Below are positions 27,036 to 41,189 of a DNA stretch of 64,000 nucleotides, piece after piece (position 1 is the first letter of the stretch; each line of letters begins with the position of its first letter). Source of the stretch: Octopus sinensis. Lineage: Eukaryota. A program made the translations under genes and the position numbers. The stretch spans positions 2,914,001 to 2,978,000 of the forward strand of contig NC_043010.1 of assembly GCF_006345805.1 (NCBI RefSeq), written 5' to 3'. The notes beneath the pieces were generated by a model. It was not told the DNA's origin and made no database searches. It saw only the letters and a list, made by a program, of their open reading frames with translations.

Positions 27036-27561
27036 ATATTCTATCCCAGATGGCAGTAAGCATTTTTACTATTTACCCTTTTCTGATTATGATTTAAAGA
27101 AGTAATGGGAGCTCTTAAACTCCCTATTTGCTTATTAATTTAGGCCCTTTAGTTTCCTAACATATGGATGACATTTAGCTGGATATATATCCAAAAGGTT
27201 ACATACTAAAAGATAAAAAAAAAAGAAATAGAAGCGCAAAAAAGAAATTATGGCAAAAATTTGTGAATTCCAGTGAAACATCTCATTTCTTATTTCTTAT
27301 GTTTGTTTCTCTTCTATCTTTTCTTTGTCTGTCTGTTTGTCTATCCAAATATCCTCTTATCTAATCATCTATCTATCTGCTAATAGAACAAGGTAGTCAT
27401 ATATCTGTATGACTGTCAGTCTGCCTGTCCTGCCTGCCTGCCTGTCTGATAGTCAGCCCGTCTGTGTGCCTGCCTATCTATTATTTACCTGCTTTACCTA
27501 TGTGTCCACATATGTGAGTGTGTGTTTCTTGTGCATGCACACAACGCACACATATACACAC

Positions 27562-27595
<34 letters not shown>

Positions 27596-28099
27596 GTGTG
27601 TGTGTGCAGATGGATTCTAGAATTGATTTAAATGTCAGAATATATTATATGTTTAGTTATGTCTCTTTACATTCTAAGTTCAAATCCTGCCCAGGTTCAC
27701 TTAGCGATTCATCCTCTCTTTAGGGGTCGTTAAAATTACAAATGGCAGACCAATATTAGCAATTGTGCCCTAGAAGTCATCACTGACTGATTCAGTTTGG
27801 GTGCGATCATGACTTGAACTCACTCCCTAATGCACCCCAATGCACCAGCCACTGTTCCACAGCCAAGTTGACACCTCTTTCTGCTTTTCTTACCGCTACT
27901 ACAGTGGCCTCTGCTTTTCTGAACTACTTGGACCTTAGTTACCTCCTCTCAGACTCTCTTGTGTTTCTCAGCTGTCTCCATTCATCATTGTCCATATTGT
28001 GTTCATCAGTGCCTACCCTAACAATGTTTATGCCAAGCCAGTCCATTCTCTTCAGGATTTTGACCAGTAGCATAACTAGAGTGTGTGTGCCACCTGGGG

Positions 28100-28400
28100 T
28101 GGCCCTTGAGTTTGCTTCTGGGGTCTTGCATACATGTATAGCATTGCATATCTCTCCCATCTTCACTGTAAAACATAGAGCTGTAATTCTTTCAGTCTCT
28201 CCCAGTTGCTCAACTGTTTCATGGAAGCAATCTTCTTGGTGTAGCACCACTGAACTGCCTTGAACCCTGTGATTAAACTGATACTGTTGGAGTGACCATA
28301 ACTGAGAACAATAGTCAAGACAGCTGAGGGGACACATGTCCTCCAGAGGACCAGCTTAGTTTCCTGGTTCCTACACAAGCTTATACAGGTGACCCCAAAA
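28100..28400 (-). mobile_element. CR1/L2-type LINE RT C-terminal fragment
   Basis: LSCLDYCSQLWS then, after a frameshift, AVQWCYTKKIASMKQLSNWERLKELQLY, the typical CR1 'QR..TK.I....LSY.ERL..L.L' motif. Confidence 0.75.
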
Positions 28401-28834
28401 TGCCACACTCATAAAAGCATCATCCTAGACACAGTGCCCTTCCTCTCACTCCAACCTCCCAGCTATGGTTTGCAACAGTTCCAATTACAGATAAACTAAG
28501 ACCTGTGAACTTTCTGAATGGCAAACCAATGAAAATTTACAAGGAATATTTTAGTAGTGTGGCCTGCCTGATAAAGAGCTGATCCTCATGCAATCCTCTT
28601 GCTGAAAAAGGTGGTCCGTGTCAGGTTTAAGTGGAACAGTTACGATATTGATCTCATAGACCATAGAAGTTTGTAAAGGCCATGGACAGTATCCCACTTT
28701 TTCCAGTAAAAGAAAGAAAAAAAGTTCCAGTGACTAAACCATGCGAAAAGAATAAAATAATATATATTTAGATCTATGTATCTTTTTTATTAATATTACT
28801 CATTTTGTGAATGTATGTATGTGTGTATGCATCG

Positions 28835-28902
<68 letters not shown>

Positions 28903-28938
28903 ATATATGTATGCACACACACACATATATATATATAC

Positions 28939-29017
<79 letters not shown>

Positions 29018-29061
29018 GTATTTAAATATATGTATATATATATAACTATCTATTTATATAA

Positions 29062-29098
<37 letters not shown>

Positions 29099-29626
29099 AA
29101 TCTATCTACCTATCCATCCATCCATCCATCCATCCATCTGCCTCTCTATCTAGTTGTCTGTCTATCTCCACATCTATAAATACAATAGAATCCAAGGAAA
29201 CCAGTCAGGTTCCACATCAGATAAAAAGCAATACAAGTAATAATCGCAAATTATTTATTCAACAACAATTGACATTTCGCATTTCTCTTTGACAAATGGT
29301 TCTGCCTGAAATGTAAGAATTCTATTCTTCCTTGTTGCCTCTATTTCAACTATATATATATATAGTTCTCAAAAAATTAAGTAAAATAAACAAAAATAAT
29401 CCATAATCCTTGTCCGGTACCTGATCAATCTCAGTGGTAGTCATGGAATGTGAAGGTGGCTGTAGAAAATTTAGTCACAGTAATAAATAGTTTATCCTTA
29501 TCTAATACAAGCCAAAGTGAACAAATTCGCCATTGAAAATAGTTACAGCTTAAAGGGAGATAATTGAGAAAGACTTGAAAGTTAACATAAGATTGTAATC
29601 ACGTAATGTAAAGTAAATATAACTAA

Positions 29627-29818
29627 TAATCCAGGATCCTTGTCCTTTACTGGATCAATCCCAAAATTTAATCAGTTTGTACCAGTCATGAGGCCAAACA
29701 TCCCTGAAAGTTTCATCTGAATCTATCCAGCAGTTCTTGAGATATCTTGTCCATGGGCAAACAAACAAACAAACACAACTGAAAACAATACCTCTGCCTT
29801 CGTTAAGGTGGAGGTAGT
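29627..29818 (+). mobile_element. Helentron-associated (HINE/DINE-1-like) non-autonomous element end
   Basis: (CAAA)n followed by terminal hairpin acctctgcctt-cgtt-aaggtggaggt (29790-29815); near-identical copy at 50997-51172. Confidence 0.6.
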
Positions 29819-30465
29819 AAAGGAATTAATTTAAAACAGGAAACAACAGCAAGAGGAGGATAAAGGAGGAGGAGGAGGCAGGAGAAAAAAAAAGGAGTCG
29901 GAGCAGTAGTGGAGTACAAGAAGAACAGCAGCAACAACAATTACTATGACAACAATAATAAATAAAAACAAGCCAAAAGAATATCTAACTTCATTTATTG
30001 AATATTAGAATTAAATTAAAACTTTTGCAATGGGGGGAAGGGGGGGTGTTCTTTCAGAAGGTGTGTGTGTGTGTATGTGTGTATATTGCATGGTGTGGTT
30101 GACATGTGCGTGTATATATATGTGAGTGTGTATGTGCATGTGTATGTGTGTGTGTGTGTGTTGCAAAGAGTGGCTGAGAGGTGTGTGTGCATGTTTGTGT
30201 ATGTATATGTACTTGTGTATGACTGTGTTTATGAGTGCAGTTGTGTATGTGTGTGTGTGTGCATATGTGCATGAGCATAATAGTGTGTGTGTGTATGTGT
30301 GTGTGTGCATATGTGCATGAGTATAATAGTGTGTGTGTGTGTGTGTGTGTGAAAAGGAAGAGCAATGGTAGGAGTTGAAGGAAAGAAGCCGGAATGAGTA
30401 AATAATATTCACGTTTAAGGTGGTCACGGTGTCTTATCTTATTCTTTGTTATCTGCAAATGCATG

Positions 30466-30496
<31 letters not shown>

Positions 30497-30741
30497 ACAC
30501 ACATACACACACACACACATACACACACATGCATACATTCACAACACAACCCTACTACACAGATATATATGTACGTGTACACACACAAATATATACATAC
30601 ATGCACACATACAAACAGATATATACATACATGTGTGTATCTGTCTGTCTCCTTCTGTCTGTCTATCTATCTATCTATCTACCTACATACCTACCTACCT
30701 ACCTATCTATCCATCTATCTATCCATCTATCTATCCATCTA

Positions 30742-30773
<32 letters not shown>

Positions 30774-31579
30774 ACTATATATATATATATATATATATTC
30801 TTTTTATTCTTTTACTTGTTTCAGTCATTTGACTGCGGCCATGCTGGAGCACTGCCTTTAGTCAAACAAATCAGTCACAGGATTTATTCTATCAGTCTCT
30901 TTTGCCGAACCGTGAAGTTGCAGGGACATAAACACACTGACATCAGTGTGTGTACATGTGAATGTGTGTGTGAATGTGTGAATGTGTGTGTGAATGTGTG
31001 AATGTGTGTGTGAATGTGTGTGTGTGTGCATCTATCTATTTATCATTCTATCTATATATATATATATATATACATATATTTATACATACATACATTCACA
31101 CACACTCATATGAATATAAACGTATACACAAACACACAAACAAACACTCACACAAATAAGAAAAGTGATTGTTTGGACAAACTCTGACATCTTTTGGCAT
31201 TAATGGAGCCTTTAGACCATTGATTACTGTAATTGGGAGTTGAGGTAGGTTATGTGGGGGTGGTGGAGGTGGTGGTGGAGTGTATGAGACAGAGGGCGTT
31301 GGGAGAAGGAGGTGATGGTAGAGGGGGAGGGTTATGGTGATGGTTGAGGAGAGTGAGGAGAGAGAGAGGGGGAGAACAAAGAGAGAAAAAGAGGGAGAAA
31401 GGGACATTAAGAAAAAGAGAAAGAAAGAAAAAGAGAGAGAGAGGGAGTGAGGGGGAAACAGACAGTAGAGAGATTGAGAGGTGGTGATGGAAGGCGGGGT
31501 GGGGAAGATGAATGTATTAAGAGAATCAGGGTGAGTGGGAGAGAGAGAGAGAGTGGAGTGAAAGAATTGATAGCGAAGA

Positions 31580-32100
31580 AGGTGGTGGTGGTGGTGGTGG
31601 TGGCAGTAGTAATAGTGGTGAGAGTGTTGGTATTGATAAATGTAGTGTTGGTGATAGTTTAAGTGGTTGTGGTGATTGCAGTGGTAGTGCTGGTGATAGT
31701 AGAGGTGGTTGTGATGATAATGGTGGAAATGATGGAAGTGGTGGTAAAAAAGATAATGGTGGTATTGTTTATGGTAATGGTGATGGTGGTGGTGATGATG
31801 ATAATAGTAGTTGTCATAGTAATGGAAGCGGTGGTAGCAGTGGTGGTGATCATAGTGGAAATAATAGTGGTGGTGTTGGCAGTAGTGGTGGTGGTCATGG
31901 TAGTAGAGCTTCTGATTGTAATGCTATTAGTGGTGTTTGTTTAATAGTGGGCATTTGTCAGTGTCTATGGTAAAGGTGTTGATGGTTGTAGTAGTAGTGG
32001 TAGTTGTGGTAATGGTGGTAGTGGTAGTGGTGGTGGTGGTAGTGGTGGTGGTTGTAGTGGTGGTGGTGGTGGTGGTGGTAATGGTGGTAGTAGTAGTAAT
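31580..32100. repeat. Degenerate (GGT/AGT/GAT)n low-complexity tract
   Basis: Directly visible. Confidence 0.9.
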
Positions 32101-32109
32101 ATATTGATG

Positions 32110-32709
32110 TTCTTTTCTACTCTGTGCACAAGGCCTGAAATTTTTTGGCAGGGAGCTAGTTGATTAGATTGACCCCAGTGTGCAACTGGTACTTAATTTA
32201 TCTAGGTGTATGTGTTGCTGTATCATTAAAAAGTTTAGATCGACCCCAGTATGCAACTGGTACTTAATTTATTGATCCCGAAAGGACGAAAGGAAAAGTC
32301 GTCCTTGGCAGAATTTGAACTCAGAACGTAAAGACAGACAAAATACTGCTAAACATTTCACCCGACGTGCTAACGTTTTTGCCAGCTCGCCACGATACTT
32401 CTGTTAGATATTGATAAACATACGTGTGTGTGTGTGTGTTGTGCAGGAATGAGTGTACAAAGAAAAACTCTTTAACACACACGGTTCATAATCCTGGTTT
32501 CAAATGTTGGCACAAGGCTGGCCAGCAAGTTCCGAGGAGGAGTTAGTCATTTACGTCAACTCCAGTGCTCTACAAGCACTTATTTTATCCACTACTACTA
32601 CTACTAATACTACTACTAATAATAATAATAAGAAGAAGAAGAAGAGGAAGAAGAAGAAGAGAGGGGAAGGAGGAAGAAGAAGAAGAGGAGGAAGAAGAAG
32701 AAGAGGAGA

Positions 32710-32749
<40 letters not shown>

Positions 32750-33290
32750 AGAGTTGGAAGAGGAAGAAGAAGAAGAAGAAGAAGAAGAAGAAAAATAATA
32801 ATAATAATAATAATAAGAAGAAGAAGAAGAAGAGCAGCAATGACAACAAAAACAACGATGATAATAATAATAATCCTTTCTACTGTAGACACAAGGCCTG
32901 GAATTTTGAGGGGAGGGGTTAAGTAGATTACATCGACCCCATTTATCATAATTGGTACGTAATTCATCGAACCCCGAAAGGATGAATGGCAAAGTCAACT
33001 CTGGCGGAATTCGAACTCAGAACGTAAAGACTCATAAAATGGAGCTAAACATTTTGCCCAGTTTGCTTTGAATGATTCTTTTCTACTCTAGGCACAAGGC
33101 CTGGAATTTTGGAGGTGGGGGTTAATTGATATGATAGACCCCCAGTGCACGACTGGTACTTAATTTATCGCCCCAGAAAGGATGAAAAGCAAAGATGACC
33201 TCAGTGGAATTTGAACTCAGATTGGAGCGAAGGGCGAAATACTGCTAAGTATTTCGTCCTGTGTGATAATGATCCTGTCAGCTCACTACC
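32110..33290 (-). mobile_element. Cluster of three or more same-orientation SINE family B copies around a (GAA)n/(TAA)n tract
   Basis: Repeated cccgaaaggatgaaaggcaaagtc..gaatttgaactcaga near 32280, 32975 and 33175. Confidence 0.85.
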
Positions 33291-33341
33291 TTTACATAAG
33301 GTGCATTCACTCAAACACACAATCACGTACACACACACACA

Positions 33342-33407
<66 letters not shown>

Positions 33408-33963
33408 ACACACACACTCACACACACACAGAAACACATACATTCACACGCAAGCACACACACTTACACAAACTCACATAGACACAGACAAGCACATACA
33501 TTCACACGCACACAAACACAGATATTAGTTTCCCAGATGAGGAAAAGCAAGAAAATGCGACAGTCATTCGAGTTGGGGATCAAAACCTGGTCCCAGCCTT
33601 TTGACATCTTACGCACACACACATAACTATAAGTTTGCAGTAACTTTGTGTGTACGTGTGTTTGAATTTGTACAGAGGCACACACGTGTGTGTGTGTGTG
33701 TGTGTGTCTGTGTGTGTACGTGCGCGTGCGCTCCTGTGTTTGTGCTTCTGTTTATGTGTTTGTGAATGTATGAGCCGGTGTGTGTGTTTGTGTAATTGTG
33801 TGCTTGCATGTGCTTCTGTGTGTGTGTGTGTGTGTGTGTGTGTAAGTGTGTGTGCGTGCGTGTATGTATGAGTGAATGTATGTGCTTGTGTGTGCCTGCG
33901 TTAGCGCGACTGTGTTAGACGTGTGTCGTAAGGAAAGCCGCGTGTACCATGTTTAACAAGTTA

Positions 33964-34366
33964 CTAGCAGTATCGCCCGGCTTTGCTCGGGTTTGTTGCG
34001 ACTCTTTACTTTAGAATTGGAATTTTTAGAAAGTAAAAATTTTGCATTATGTAGCTTGTTATTCTCTTTAAATGAACATTTTTCTGGTTAAAATACACCG
34101 AAAATTGGCGACACAGCAGTCAAAAAATCGTAAAAATAGGGATTTTCATAGAAAAAAAGCACCTTTTTGATGTAAATAATTTTTTGGTGTTAACATGGTC
34201 CGATTTGAATTCTTTCTTCTACGGAGGGAAGAGCAAGCCTTCTTCTATCATACTCTCAATTTTGGTCAACATGTGCCGCAGGGTCTTGGAGGAGATAGCG
34301 TTCATTGAAGGCTCCCAAACCTGCCACACCCACTCAGAGACAACTTCAGCTTTAGATATAAGGAGA
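33964..34366 (-). mobile_element. Non-autonomous Helitron (~400 bp)
   Basis: Minus strand: A|TC 5' end at 34366, GC hairpin (33976-33991) just before the terminal CTAG|T at 33964; no TSD. Confidence 0.7.
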
Positions 34367-34814
34367 TATTTTCAGTAATAGAATATCAGAGTTGTAGATA
34401 TTAGTGTGTTTTTGTTTATTCGTGGTTATAGGATAAAATGTGTGTGTGTGTGTGAATATACAGAAAAGCGAGAGGGAAAGGAAAAAAGACGGATAGAAAA
34501 ACAGAGAGAGAGACAGAGAAATAAAGAGAAGAAGGAAGACAGTCTGTAATATTCCTTACATGCGTGTGTGCACGGAAAAGATCTTTCACTGATGGACGGT
34601 TATCGATGTAGGGGAGAAAACTCTTCACTGACTTAAAATGACACCAGAGAAAAATTCTTTTTGATCGAAAACCGACAAAAGACGGAGAGTTGGAACTTTC
34701 TGTAGAGACTCCAGAGTATTAAGAACAGGTCGTCTTTTATGAATTTTCTATGTGTTTTTTTATTAATGATTTAGTATAACAACAACAACAACGACAATAA
34801 TAATAATAATAATA

Positions 34815-35371
34815 AATGCCCTGATGCAATACCAGGCAGTGGCTCTCATGGCTTCTGATCTTAACTGATTGGAAGTGTTATCATGTACATTGTTTTGTCT
34901 TGGTATAAAAGATGGGCTACAGCAAATATTCTGCTCAATACCACAGATTTGCTTGTCAGTTGTTTGACCGTAACCAGTTGAGCATGTCCCTTAGTGGCTG
35001 ACGATATGTGCATCTCTGATCACGAGCAGAAGTAGTCGGGGAGCATCATAGTCATGTGTTGAGAGGGATTCTTTGGGGTTTGGATAATTCATCTTTGGAA
35101 ACATGGGTGGTTCATTCAAAATCCTTAAACAATCCTTATTCAGGGACCTTTTGAGCGGGATGGGCAACTCAACCTGAAGAAAATTCTAACTGGGCCCCAA
35201 CTGCAAGGTCATGTGCTGTTTATCTTGATATGAGATCACCATGTCGCGCACATATGGTTGTGATGCATGTGCCTGGTGTACCCTTATCAGACGGGTAGTC
35301 ATGATGGGTATATTGGGCTTCGTATATTTTACCCCAGTGTCACTTTGATGGCATGCACTGCTCTCTCACTC
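34815..35371 (+). mobile_element. ~560-bp non-coding insertion bounded on both sides by (AAT)n; probable Dong-mobilised element or LINE 3' UTR
   Basis: Sharp boundaries with pure AAT tracts; no long ORF; orientation inferred from the AAT tail. Confidence 0.5.
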
Positions 35372-35400
35372 AATAATAATAATAATAATAATAATAATAA

Positions 35401-37117
35401 GACTGTCAATCCTACAAAAACCCGAAAATTAAAGGGAAAATATATGAAAACCATATTTGACATTGATACCACAATAGAATCCATCAAGCAAAAGGTATAT
35501 GCTAAAGCTTCCTGCATAGTAAGGTATGAAAAGCGCTTTAGATTCTTCAAGGACAACAACATGTTAAAAAATAACCCCCAAAATTCTTACAGGAAGACAG
35601 GGAAAATACCAGTTACAGTAAAGTCTGCCCCATCAAAAGAAGAAGAACAGGAATTTTGGAATAAAAGTTGGGCAGAAGAAAAAACTCACAATGAAAAGGC
35701 CCCTTGGATTGATAGAATAACTACAGACTTAGACACCTAAGAAGAGCAAAAGTGGGAGGGTGTCAAGGTAGAAGATGTAAGAGCTGCTCTCAGGAAGTCA
35801 AACAAATGGAAGTCCCCAGGAAAGGGTAAAATTCCTAACTTCTGGTTGAATGCCTTCCCAGAGAGCCATGAACTGCTAACAAAACTTTACAACAATGTTT
35901 TGTAACAACCTAGTATGATTCCCTCTTGGCTAGTTAATGGTGTAACATTCCTACTTTCAAAAACTGAAGAAACAAATGAACCAAAAATTATAGACCCATA
36001 ACCTGCTTGACATCAATGTATAAAATGCTAATGTCTGTCTTGACTGCATATAGCTATAGTTTTTAAATAGAAAGTGGCATATTCCATAATGAGCAAAAAG
36101 GATGTAAACGTGGGTCAGATGGTTGTAAAGATCAGTTACTCATCAATAAGATGATCTTGGGAGGTGGTCACAAACGGCACAAAAACTTGTCGATAGGCTG
36201 GATAGACAATAAAAAAGCTTTTGATAGCCTACCACATAGCTGGATTAAGAAATGTCTGGAAATGTATAAAATAGCACCTACACTGCGAAACTTTTTGTCT
36301 TTAAATATGAGATCATGGAGAACCACACTGACTTTGGACAGTTACAATGAATCTCTTAATGATGAAGATGTAAGAATTTCATGTGGCATTTTCCAGGGTG
36401 ACTCTCTATCACCATTCCTCTTTTGTCTAGCCTTAATACCTCTCTCGAAATTGCTCAATGATGTACAGTATGGTTATAAAATGTTTGATAAAAATATAAA
36501 TCATCTCATTTACGCAGGTGATTTAAAGCTCTTTGCAAAAAATGACCAGCAACTACAGGGCTTACTAGCGATTGTTAAACAATTCAGTGATGACATCAGG
36601 ATGCAATTTGGCCTCGATAAATGTGCAAAAGCTACCTTTATCAAATGGAAAATGACAGAAACATCTAACGTTAATCTTGACCAGCAGAATGTCATAAAAG
36701 AGTTAGAACCAGCGAAGAGCTACAAATACCTAACGGTATTTGAAGGGGATGGAATCAAACATTCAATGATGAGGGAAAGGATCAGAAGAGAATGTTATCG
36801 CAAGGTAAGAGCAATACTCAAACAGAGCTGAATGCAAGAAACAGGATCAAAGCTATCAATATTATAGCCATACCAGTCATGACTTACAGTTTCAATATCA
36901 TTAACTGGTCAATTACTGAAATATGTAATCTTGACAGAAAAATAAGAAAATTGTTGACAATGCATAGAATACACCATCCTAAGGCAAATATGGAATGACT
37001 TTATCTGCCAAGAAAAGAGGGAGGGCGTAGACTTTTACAACTGGAATTAACAATGAAGATTGCCACAATTGGCCTAGACACCTATCTGAAAAACTTTGAA
37101 GACTGGATGTTAAAACA
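35401..37117 (+). mobile_element. Second R4/Dong-type LINE family, decayed RT fragment
   Basis: WKSPG..KIPNFWL, YRPITCL, EQKGC, WIDNKKAFDSLPHSW, GIFQGDSLSP, IYAGDLKL (YMDD mutated), FGLDKC; several stops and frameshifts; 3' part cut off at a SINE. Confidence 0.9.
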
Positions 37118-37124
37118 AACAGCT

Positions 37125-37266
37125 GCTAACTTGCAGGGACATAAACACACCAGCATCGGTTGTCAAGTGATGTTGGGGAGACAAACACAAACACACAAAC
37201 ATATTCACACACATACATACATATATATACATATACATATACACACACATACATACATATATATAC

Positions 37267-37297
<31 letters not shown>

Positions 37298-37415
37298 ACA
37301 GGCTTCTTTCAGTTTCCATCTACCAAATCCACTTGCCCAAGGTGCCAAGCAGTGGGATTGAACCTGGAACCATGTGGTTGGTAAGCAAGCTACTTACCAC
37401 ACAGCCATTCCTACA
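37125..37415 (-). mobile_element. SINE family A, partial
   Basis: taaacacaccagcatcggttgtcaag..aagctacttaccacacagcca. Confidence 0.85.
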
Positions 37416-37451
<36 letters not shown>

Positions 37452-37484
37452 CATATATATATATACATATATATATATATGTAT

Positions 37485-37526
<42 letters not shown>

Positions 37527-37859
37527 TACATACATTATCGTCGTTATCTTCAGCAGTTAATGTCCGTTTTCCATGCTGGCACAGGTTGGATGATTTGACA
37601 GGAACTGGCAAGCCAGGTGGCTTCATCAGGTTTCATTGTCTGTTTTGGCATGATTTTTAGGGCTGGATGCCCTTCTTAATGCCAACCACCATGCACATAC
37701 ATACATACATACGTGCATACATGGGAAAAGGGTAAAAGATGGTTGGGAGGGTGGCTGTAATTTAAACAAAGAATAGTGAAGAATAAAAAAAAACTAACAA
37801 GGTAGGAAAGTTAAACAATAAAAAAGCCATGTAAAGGAAAGAACGCTTAGGCAGGCAGG

Positions 37860-38120
37860 TAAAGTGTTGGTGAATTCTGGAAAGCATGGAATGTTTGAAG
37901 GATGTGGTGTCCCGACAGCTAATAACTGGCAAGAGTTATTTATCCCATGCTTTGAAGTAAAGGGTTGTCTCTATGACCTTCATAAAGTCCTTTGGAGACT
38001 TGTGAAATGAAAGCAGTTCACATTTTTATTATTCTTGTACTCAAGTCCATGAACACAGGTAAAAAAATATATGAATGGAGAGAATTTTTCAAGGATAAGC
38101 ATTCTTGGATTGGGAGAGAA
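37860..38120 (-). mobile_element. CR1-type LINE 3' end, decayed
   Basis: Minus strand ..gcatgggataaa..gttattagctgtcgggac..tccttcaaa..tccatgctttccaga resembles a CR1 'WN.LP..VV...FK' terminus. Confidence 0.4.
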
Positions 38121-39764
38121 CTGGAGATAATAATTAATGTAGAGCTTGCTTCCCAACTACATGGTTTCGGGTTCAGTCCCACTGCATGGCACTTGGGTAC
38201 GTGTCTTCCACTATAGCCCCGAGCCGACCGGAGCTTTGTGATTGAATTCGGTAGGTGGAAGTTACTGCCGTGTGTGTATGTGTGCGTATAGCTGCTCAGT
38301 GCCTCTCCGAAAGAGAGAGAGGGTAGGGATTATGGAATGGATAGACACAATATGGATAACTAGATAGGGAGACAGGCAGAAAGGAATGGGTTTGTTTGGG
38401 GATGGTATGCAAACAGCAAGCAGTGGTCAGTGTACTGTTGTCAGAAAATGTAAGAACAAGGGGCCAAAATGTCTGTGAAGCAGACGATGGTGTGTGCTGG
38501 TAAGGGGTTCAATGCCAAACAGTCAGGTGTTTTCAGAAAAAGCAATCAGTTTTCAGGGAAAGGTCAATAAGACTGATTGATACGTACATTAGTACATGAA
38601 TCTGATCACAAAAGGTCAAGCATTTGAGTGTTTTTGTTGCACTGATAGTGTGGACAGGAATATGAGGGAGTAATATATACAGTAAGGGTCTTTGCTAGGG
38701 CTCAAATATTCATTTGCATGAACTGAATCATCATCATCATCATCGAATGTCAAACAATTATTTTTTTTTAGCACATTGCACACACACACACACACTTATG
38801 ATTATCATGTGATGTAAAGGCAAGAAGACAGTAACACACACACACACACAGAGTAACACACATGCGTGAACATATACACATTCACATTCACACATGCACA
38901 TACATGCACACGCATGTGTGCACACACAAACACACATATGCACATACATACATATACACACATACACATATACACACATACACATATACACTTATGTACA
39001 ATAGGTTTCTTTCAGTTTCCATCTACCAAATCCACTCCAAAAGCTTTTGGTTGACCCAGGCCTGTTGTAGAAGACACATGAACCAAATGAGACTTGAACC
39101 AAAACCATGCTGCTTGGTAAACAAACCTCTTACCACACAGTCATCATTGTATTCACATGTTTTCTTAAAATTTCGCTTGCCTGTTTGGCCACTGAATTTT
39201 AAAACCAATAACATTCCAAATTCACACTGTGGCCTTTGCTTAAGGAAAATGAGGAAGAACTTGCAATTAGAGCAAATTTAATTGTAGCATATTCTAGAGG
39301 TGAGATGGTTTTGGAAAGTAATTTCCTCAGGTGAATTGGCAATTAAATGAAAGAACGGCTATCATCAGAAATGGAAACCAATAAACATTGGCCAGGTGAA
39401 TACTCTTGGCACAGCTGAAAATAGATCTGCCGAGCATGCAAATGTTACATGTTAGAGGAACCGGTAAGAAGAATGGAATAAATTGTCTTGGTGCTTAAAA
39501 TAAACTGGCACATCAATTGTTTCTCTTTATTAGTAGTAATTTTTTTTTTGGTTTTTGTCTTTATCATTGTAAGACTTTTCTACAGGGGTATTTGTTTTGG
39601 TAAAATTGATATTAAAAGAAAATTGCTATAACAGGAGATTTCATGAGTAATGGACACCTTCTTCAAGCAGTTTCTTTTGGAAATTTTAGTTGCAAGGTTT
39701 AAAAAGTGATATTGTTAATATACATAAAAGGAAACATTGACACATTTTTCATATACATCATATA

Positions 39765-40260
39765 TAGGCACAAGCATGGCTGTGTGGTTAAGAAGCTCAC
39801 CTTGAAACCATATGGTTTTGGGTTCAGTCCTACTGCAGAGCACCTTGAGCAAGTGACTTCTACAAGAGCCCCAGGCTGACCAATACCTTGGTGAAAGTGT
39901 GTGTGTGTGTGTGTGTGTGTGCGTGTGTGTGCATGCGTGCATGTGTGTATGCGTTTGCATGTGTAAGTATGTGTTTGTGTGAGTGTGTGTGCATGTGTAT
40001 GTGTGTGCATGCGTGCATGTGTGTGTGTGTGTGTGTGGGTGTGTGTGTGGGTGTGATCATGTTTATGTTTGTCTCTGACCACTGCTTGACAACTGGTGTT
40101 GTTTTGTTTGCATCCCCATAACTTAGCTATTCAGCCAAAGGGACTGATGGGGTAAGGTACCAGACTGAAAAATAAGTACTGGGGCTGATTTGTTGGACTA
40201 AACCCTTCTAAGGCAGAACTCCAGCATGGCCACAGTCCAATGACTGAAACCAGTGAAATA
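39765..40260 (+). mobile_element. SINE family A with expanded (TG)n core
   Basis: Head ggctgtgtggttaagaagc; tail ccagcatggccacagtccaatgactgaaac. Confidence 0.8.
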
Positions 40261-40527
40261 AAAAAGAAGAGAAACATAAAAGTATACAGATATTTTCTCT
40301 CTCTCTTTCTCCCTGTGTATATTCTTTTACTTGTTTCAGTCATTTGACTGTTGCCATGCTGAAGCACCACCTTTAGTCGAACAAATTGACCTCAGGACTT
40401 ATTTTTTGGAACCTTAGTACTTATTCTATCGGTCTCTTTTGCCAAACTGCTAAGTTACGGGGACATAAACACTCCAACTCTTGTTGTCAAGTGGTGGTGG
40501 GAGACAAGCAAAGACACACAGACATAT

Positions 40528-40757
40528 ATTTCTTTATTGCCCACAAGGGGCTAAACATAGAGGGTACAAACAAGGACAGACAAAGGGATTAAGTCGATTA
40601 CATTGACCCCAGTGCAAAACTAGTACTATATTTATCGACCCCGAAAGGATGAAAGGCAAAGTTGACCTCGGCGGAATTTGAACTCAGAATGTAACGGCAG
40701 ATGAAATACCGATAAGCAGTTCACCTGACGTGCTAACGTTTCTTCCAGCTCACCGCC
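40528..40757 (-). mobile_element. SINE family B, full length
   Basis: Reverse complement of the copy at 40961-41189. Confidence 0.88.
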
Positions 40758-40960
40758 CTATACATTATACATATATTTATATATGTATGATGGACTCTGC
40801 CATTGAAGATGACATATGAGTGTTCAGTTTTTGCTGAACAAGCTACACAAATGATTTGCTTATAGTGATCAAATGTTTGTGTTGCACCTTAGCTTGCTCC
40901 CTCCATCAAAGCAACGTTGTCTGAACAGGTGCACGGTGCATCATGCATCAGGTGTTGAAG

Positions 40961-41189
40961 GCGGTGAGCTGGCAGAAATGTTAGCACACTGGGCGAAATG
41001 CTTAGCAGTATTTCGTCTGCCGCTACGTTCTGAGTTCAAATTCCGCCGAGGTCGACTTTGCCTTTCATCCTTTCGGGGTTGACAACTTAAGTACCAGTTA
41101 TGCACTGGGGTCGATATAATTGACTTAATCCGTTTGTCTGTCCTTGTTTGTCCTCTCTGTGTTTAGCCCCTTGTGGGTAGTAAAGAAAT
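40961..41189 (+). mobile_element. SINE family B, full length, with 11-bp TSD
   Basis: tRNA-like head with B-box gagttcaaattcc; gcctttcatcctttcgggg Meta-like domain; TSD aggtgttgaag at 40950-40960 and 41190-41200. Confidence 0.92.

Noticed and set aside
29265-29325. gacatttcg..ctgaaatgta, a possible collapsed hammerhead fold-back
   Set aside because: CUGANGA box absent; too decayed to call
38290-38570. Possible minus-strand Penelope GIY-YIG remnant
   Set aside because: Only vague Cys/YC similarity; motifs not recoverable
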